In this document: positions 62,070 through 64,000 of the stretch, one piece after another
How the letters are laid out: each line of letters starts with the position of its first letter
Position numbering within the stretch: position 1 is the first letter of the stretch
DNA from: a virus
Virus record (IMG/VR): IMGVR_UViG_3300046777_002658
Span: 1 to 64,000 of that record
Reading direction: 5' to 3' (one strand)
Length of the DNA: 64,000 bases
Translations under genes and position numbers: made by a program
The notes under the pieces: model-generated
The model's database searches: none
The model's input: only the letters and a program-made list of their open reading frames with translations
What the model was told of the DNA's origin: nothing

Positions 62070-64000
62070 ATGGCTTATCGACAACAACAAACCCTAGTTT
62101 GTTCAGCTAAGGCAGAGGTTCGCCAGAATCAACCCAGCCATAGCGCCGTTGATACAGCCGCGCCTTCTGGTCAAACTAACTGTTCGGGTAACGAAAACAA
62201 TTCTTCAAAGGTTTTAACCATGTCTTATTCCATGTCCGCTTTGTTACTTTCGTTGTCTATTGTCGTTAAAAGCGTAAAGAAGGTCGCTCCTTCTATGTCT
62301 ATGAGAAATAAAGTAGCAAGAGCCTCCAGGAAGGCTCAACAACGTTTGGCACGAGCCAAGCGCCAAGCCAGACAAGTCAAGAATGGCTGGCTGCGCTCCT
62401 CAGCGTATCAGAAGCTGTGTAGAGAGGCTGATCACGCCTCTCGTATCAGCTGCATCACTCCACCCGCCAGTAGTGCTGGTAAAGCTGGTTCATCCAGCAG
62501 ACCTATTGTTAAATACTCCCGCCTATCAGATGGCGAAGGGGTATATGCCTTGACCCCAGCAATCCGAGTGCACAGAACCTTTGTGGCGCCGGTCACACGC
62601 AGGGAACGACACCTTGCAGCTAGAGAGCAGCTTAAGGCTGCGGGACTGCTGCCTAACCAAGCCCCTGCTCTAGGCAAAGCTCTCAAGGAGCAACGTAAGG
62701 CTAAAGCCAAAGTTAAGTCCTTAACCTTTAGTCCCGTCGCACGTCCACGGGATATAGAAAAAGCTGCCCAGCAGCTAGAGAAAGCTGCTGCCAAAGCAGC
62801 AAGGCTTTCTGAAGTGGTTAAGGTTGCTGGGCACGCAGTAAGCAAGAAAAAAGAACAGAGAGAGGAAATCTTTGTTCAGAAAGTTGAGGCAGTAACCGCC
62901 CCTCCAACTCTCTTAAAACTGGCCGCAAGATGCCAACGGCTAAGACAGAGATATTACAAAAGTCAAGACGAGCAAGACTACAAAGTCTGGCAAGAAGCAG
63001 AGGAAGATTATGCCTTTCTCTGCAAGAAAAAAGAACAGAGAGAGGAAATCTTTGTTCAAGAGGTTGTCACTCCAGATGACTTCCTAGCGCAGTTGGAGTT
63101 CTTAAGAACTCAGCTAGACCAAAATATGGCGCCTCCTGTTGTGCCACAAGAGTTTGCTACTGCAGCAGCAGAGATTGTGGATGACTACAAAGCCCAGGCA
63201 GAAGCCACAGGCACAAAGGATATGACCATGCTTATGTCCCTTTCATCCCCCATCAAAAACTCTGCTGGAGAGGATGTACAGGTTATAACCATTACAGGTA
63301 ACTGGAGTGGCAACGAGATTGACCCACAACTAAAAGCAGCCAGTAAAGATGTGATGGTGAACTTAGTGGGCAAGAACAAACTGCAAAAAGCAGAGTTCAC
63401 AAAACGAGGCTTTGTTCTTGTTACACAAGAGTGGTATTGTTTACCACTAGAGCAAAATAAACAACTAATTAAGGAAACACCAGTGAGACCACCAATTGTT
63501 TCCAGAACCAGCTCAAACCCACCAAAGCTGGTTAAAACAGACAGGGCTGATGGTGTTAAGTACCTGCACCTTTACCCTAACAGTGTTACACCCAAAAACA
63601 TTAAGGAACTTCTAGCCGAGCCCAAAGAGCTAGAAGTGCTTGTTAACATTAGCTCTGAACGGCTAATAGTTGAGAACCGGGATAAGTTTGTAGAGTTTCT
63701 CAGAGCTAATGGCTTTGAGAATTACTCTACTCACGCTGACTGGTTAGTCCTGCCAGCAGGTAGAAAGTTTGCAGAAAGAGTAGTTAAAGCTGGGGTTGTT
63801 TTCTCTGAAGAAGAGGAGTCATTTAACAAACTGTGGGTAACAGTTGATGGGGTTGACTTAGTAGAAGCTACCTTAGCTCCTCGCAAACCAACAGAAAATA
63901 TGGATGATATAGAAAATGAAGAGTTGTGGAACCGATTGGGTATAGCAGAAGCTGTACGCCAAGCAGTTGCTACAGCTCTTTCTGATTATCTGTATGCTGA
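62070..64000 (+). CDS. Large hypothetical early protein (>643 aa, runs off the window; absent from the track)
   Basis: AAGGAGG RBS and ATG 62070; I found no stop to the window end (MAYRQQQTLVC...ALSDYLYA). Confidence 0.8.
   Translation, partial: MAYRQQQTLVCSAKAEVRQNQPSHSAVDTAAPSGQTNCSGNENNSSKVLTMSYSMSALLLSLSIVVKSVKKVAPSMSMRNKVARASRKAQQRLARAKRQARQVKNGWLRSSAYQKLCREADHASRISCITPPASSAGKAGSSSRPIVKYSRLSDGEGVYALTPAIRVHRTFVAPVTRRERHLAAREQLKAAGLLPNQAPALGKALKEQRKAKAKVKSLTFSPVARPRDIEKAAQQLEKAAAKAARLSEVVKVAGHAVSKKKEQREEIFVQKVEAVTAPPTLLKLAARCQRLRQRYYKSQDEQDYKVWQEAEEDYAFLCKKKEQREEIFVQEVVTPDDFLAQLEFLRTQLDQNMAPPVVPQEFATAAAEIVDDYKAQAEATGTKDMTMLMSLSSPIKNSAGEDVQVITITGNWSGNEIDPQLKAASKDVMVNLVGKNKLQKAEFTKRGFVLVTQEWYCLPLEQNKQLIKETPVRPPIVSRTSSNPPKLVKTDRADGVKYLHLYPNSVTPKNIKELLAEPKELEVLVNISSERLIVENRDKFVEFLRANGFENYSTHADWLVLPAGRKFAERVVKAGVVFSEEEESFNKLWVTVDGVDLVEATLAPRKPTENMDDIENEELWNRLGIAEAVRQAVATALSDYLYA

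Larger units (their letters stand above)
3261..64000. mobile_element. Large myovirus-type cyanophage/prophage (continues beyond the window)
   Basis: Terminase, portal, protease, capsid, sheath, tube, baseplate, PAAR, BRO gene and tRNAs; abrupt change of gene style at ~3260; HIP1 octamers throughout. Confidence 0.93.

Noticed and set aside
420-63400. Numerous short track ORFs antisense to or nested in long genes (e.g. 420-671, 1581-1784, 6402-6854, 10673-10996, 19384-19830, 42459-42824, 60133-60405, 62432-62845)
   Set aside because: They overlap better-supported genes or RNAs on the other strand or frame and lack an RBS or family motifs, so they are shadow ORFs.

Overview
Bases ~300-3260 are AT-rich cyanobacterial host DNA (HIP1 octamer; Nostocales-like intergenic repeat). 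They carry a 3'-truncated recQ and an ABC/AAA-ATPase + HNH defence-type pair whose HNH gene appears cut at ~3257. From ~3260 to the end is one large contractile-tailed cyanophage or prophage; no integrase lies in the window. Its left accessory arm (3.3-12.2 kb) holds Acb4-like and Acb2-like candidate nucleotide-sponge genes, an IS605 element with resolvable ends, a 5-hmdU DNA kinase-family gene, several decayed small genes, and six tRNA or tRNA-like genes surrounding a ~420-nt densely structured GOLLD-like RNA. A minus-strand virion module follows (12.2-41.3 kb): intein-containing terminase, baseplate, tube, 1149-aa sheath, capsid, Mu-like protease, DUF935-type portal, and a tail chaperone with a lambda-type GGGAAAG -1 frameshift site. 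Divergent from it is a 3920-aa gene in the tape-measure position that carries two PLD/HxK motifs and apparent two-barrel RNA polymerase motifs (NKG; DNDGD). This candidate injected virion RNA polymerase is the most interesting item. The window ends with an iteron-like array and early-gene cassettes that share a terminator hairpin plus an ACAGCCGC motif, a candidate promoter for that polymerase. All family names come from motif recognition by eye; no database search was run.
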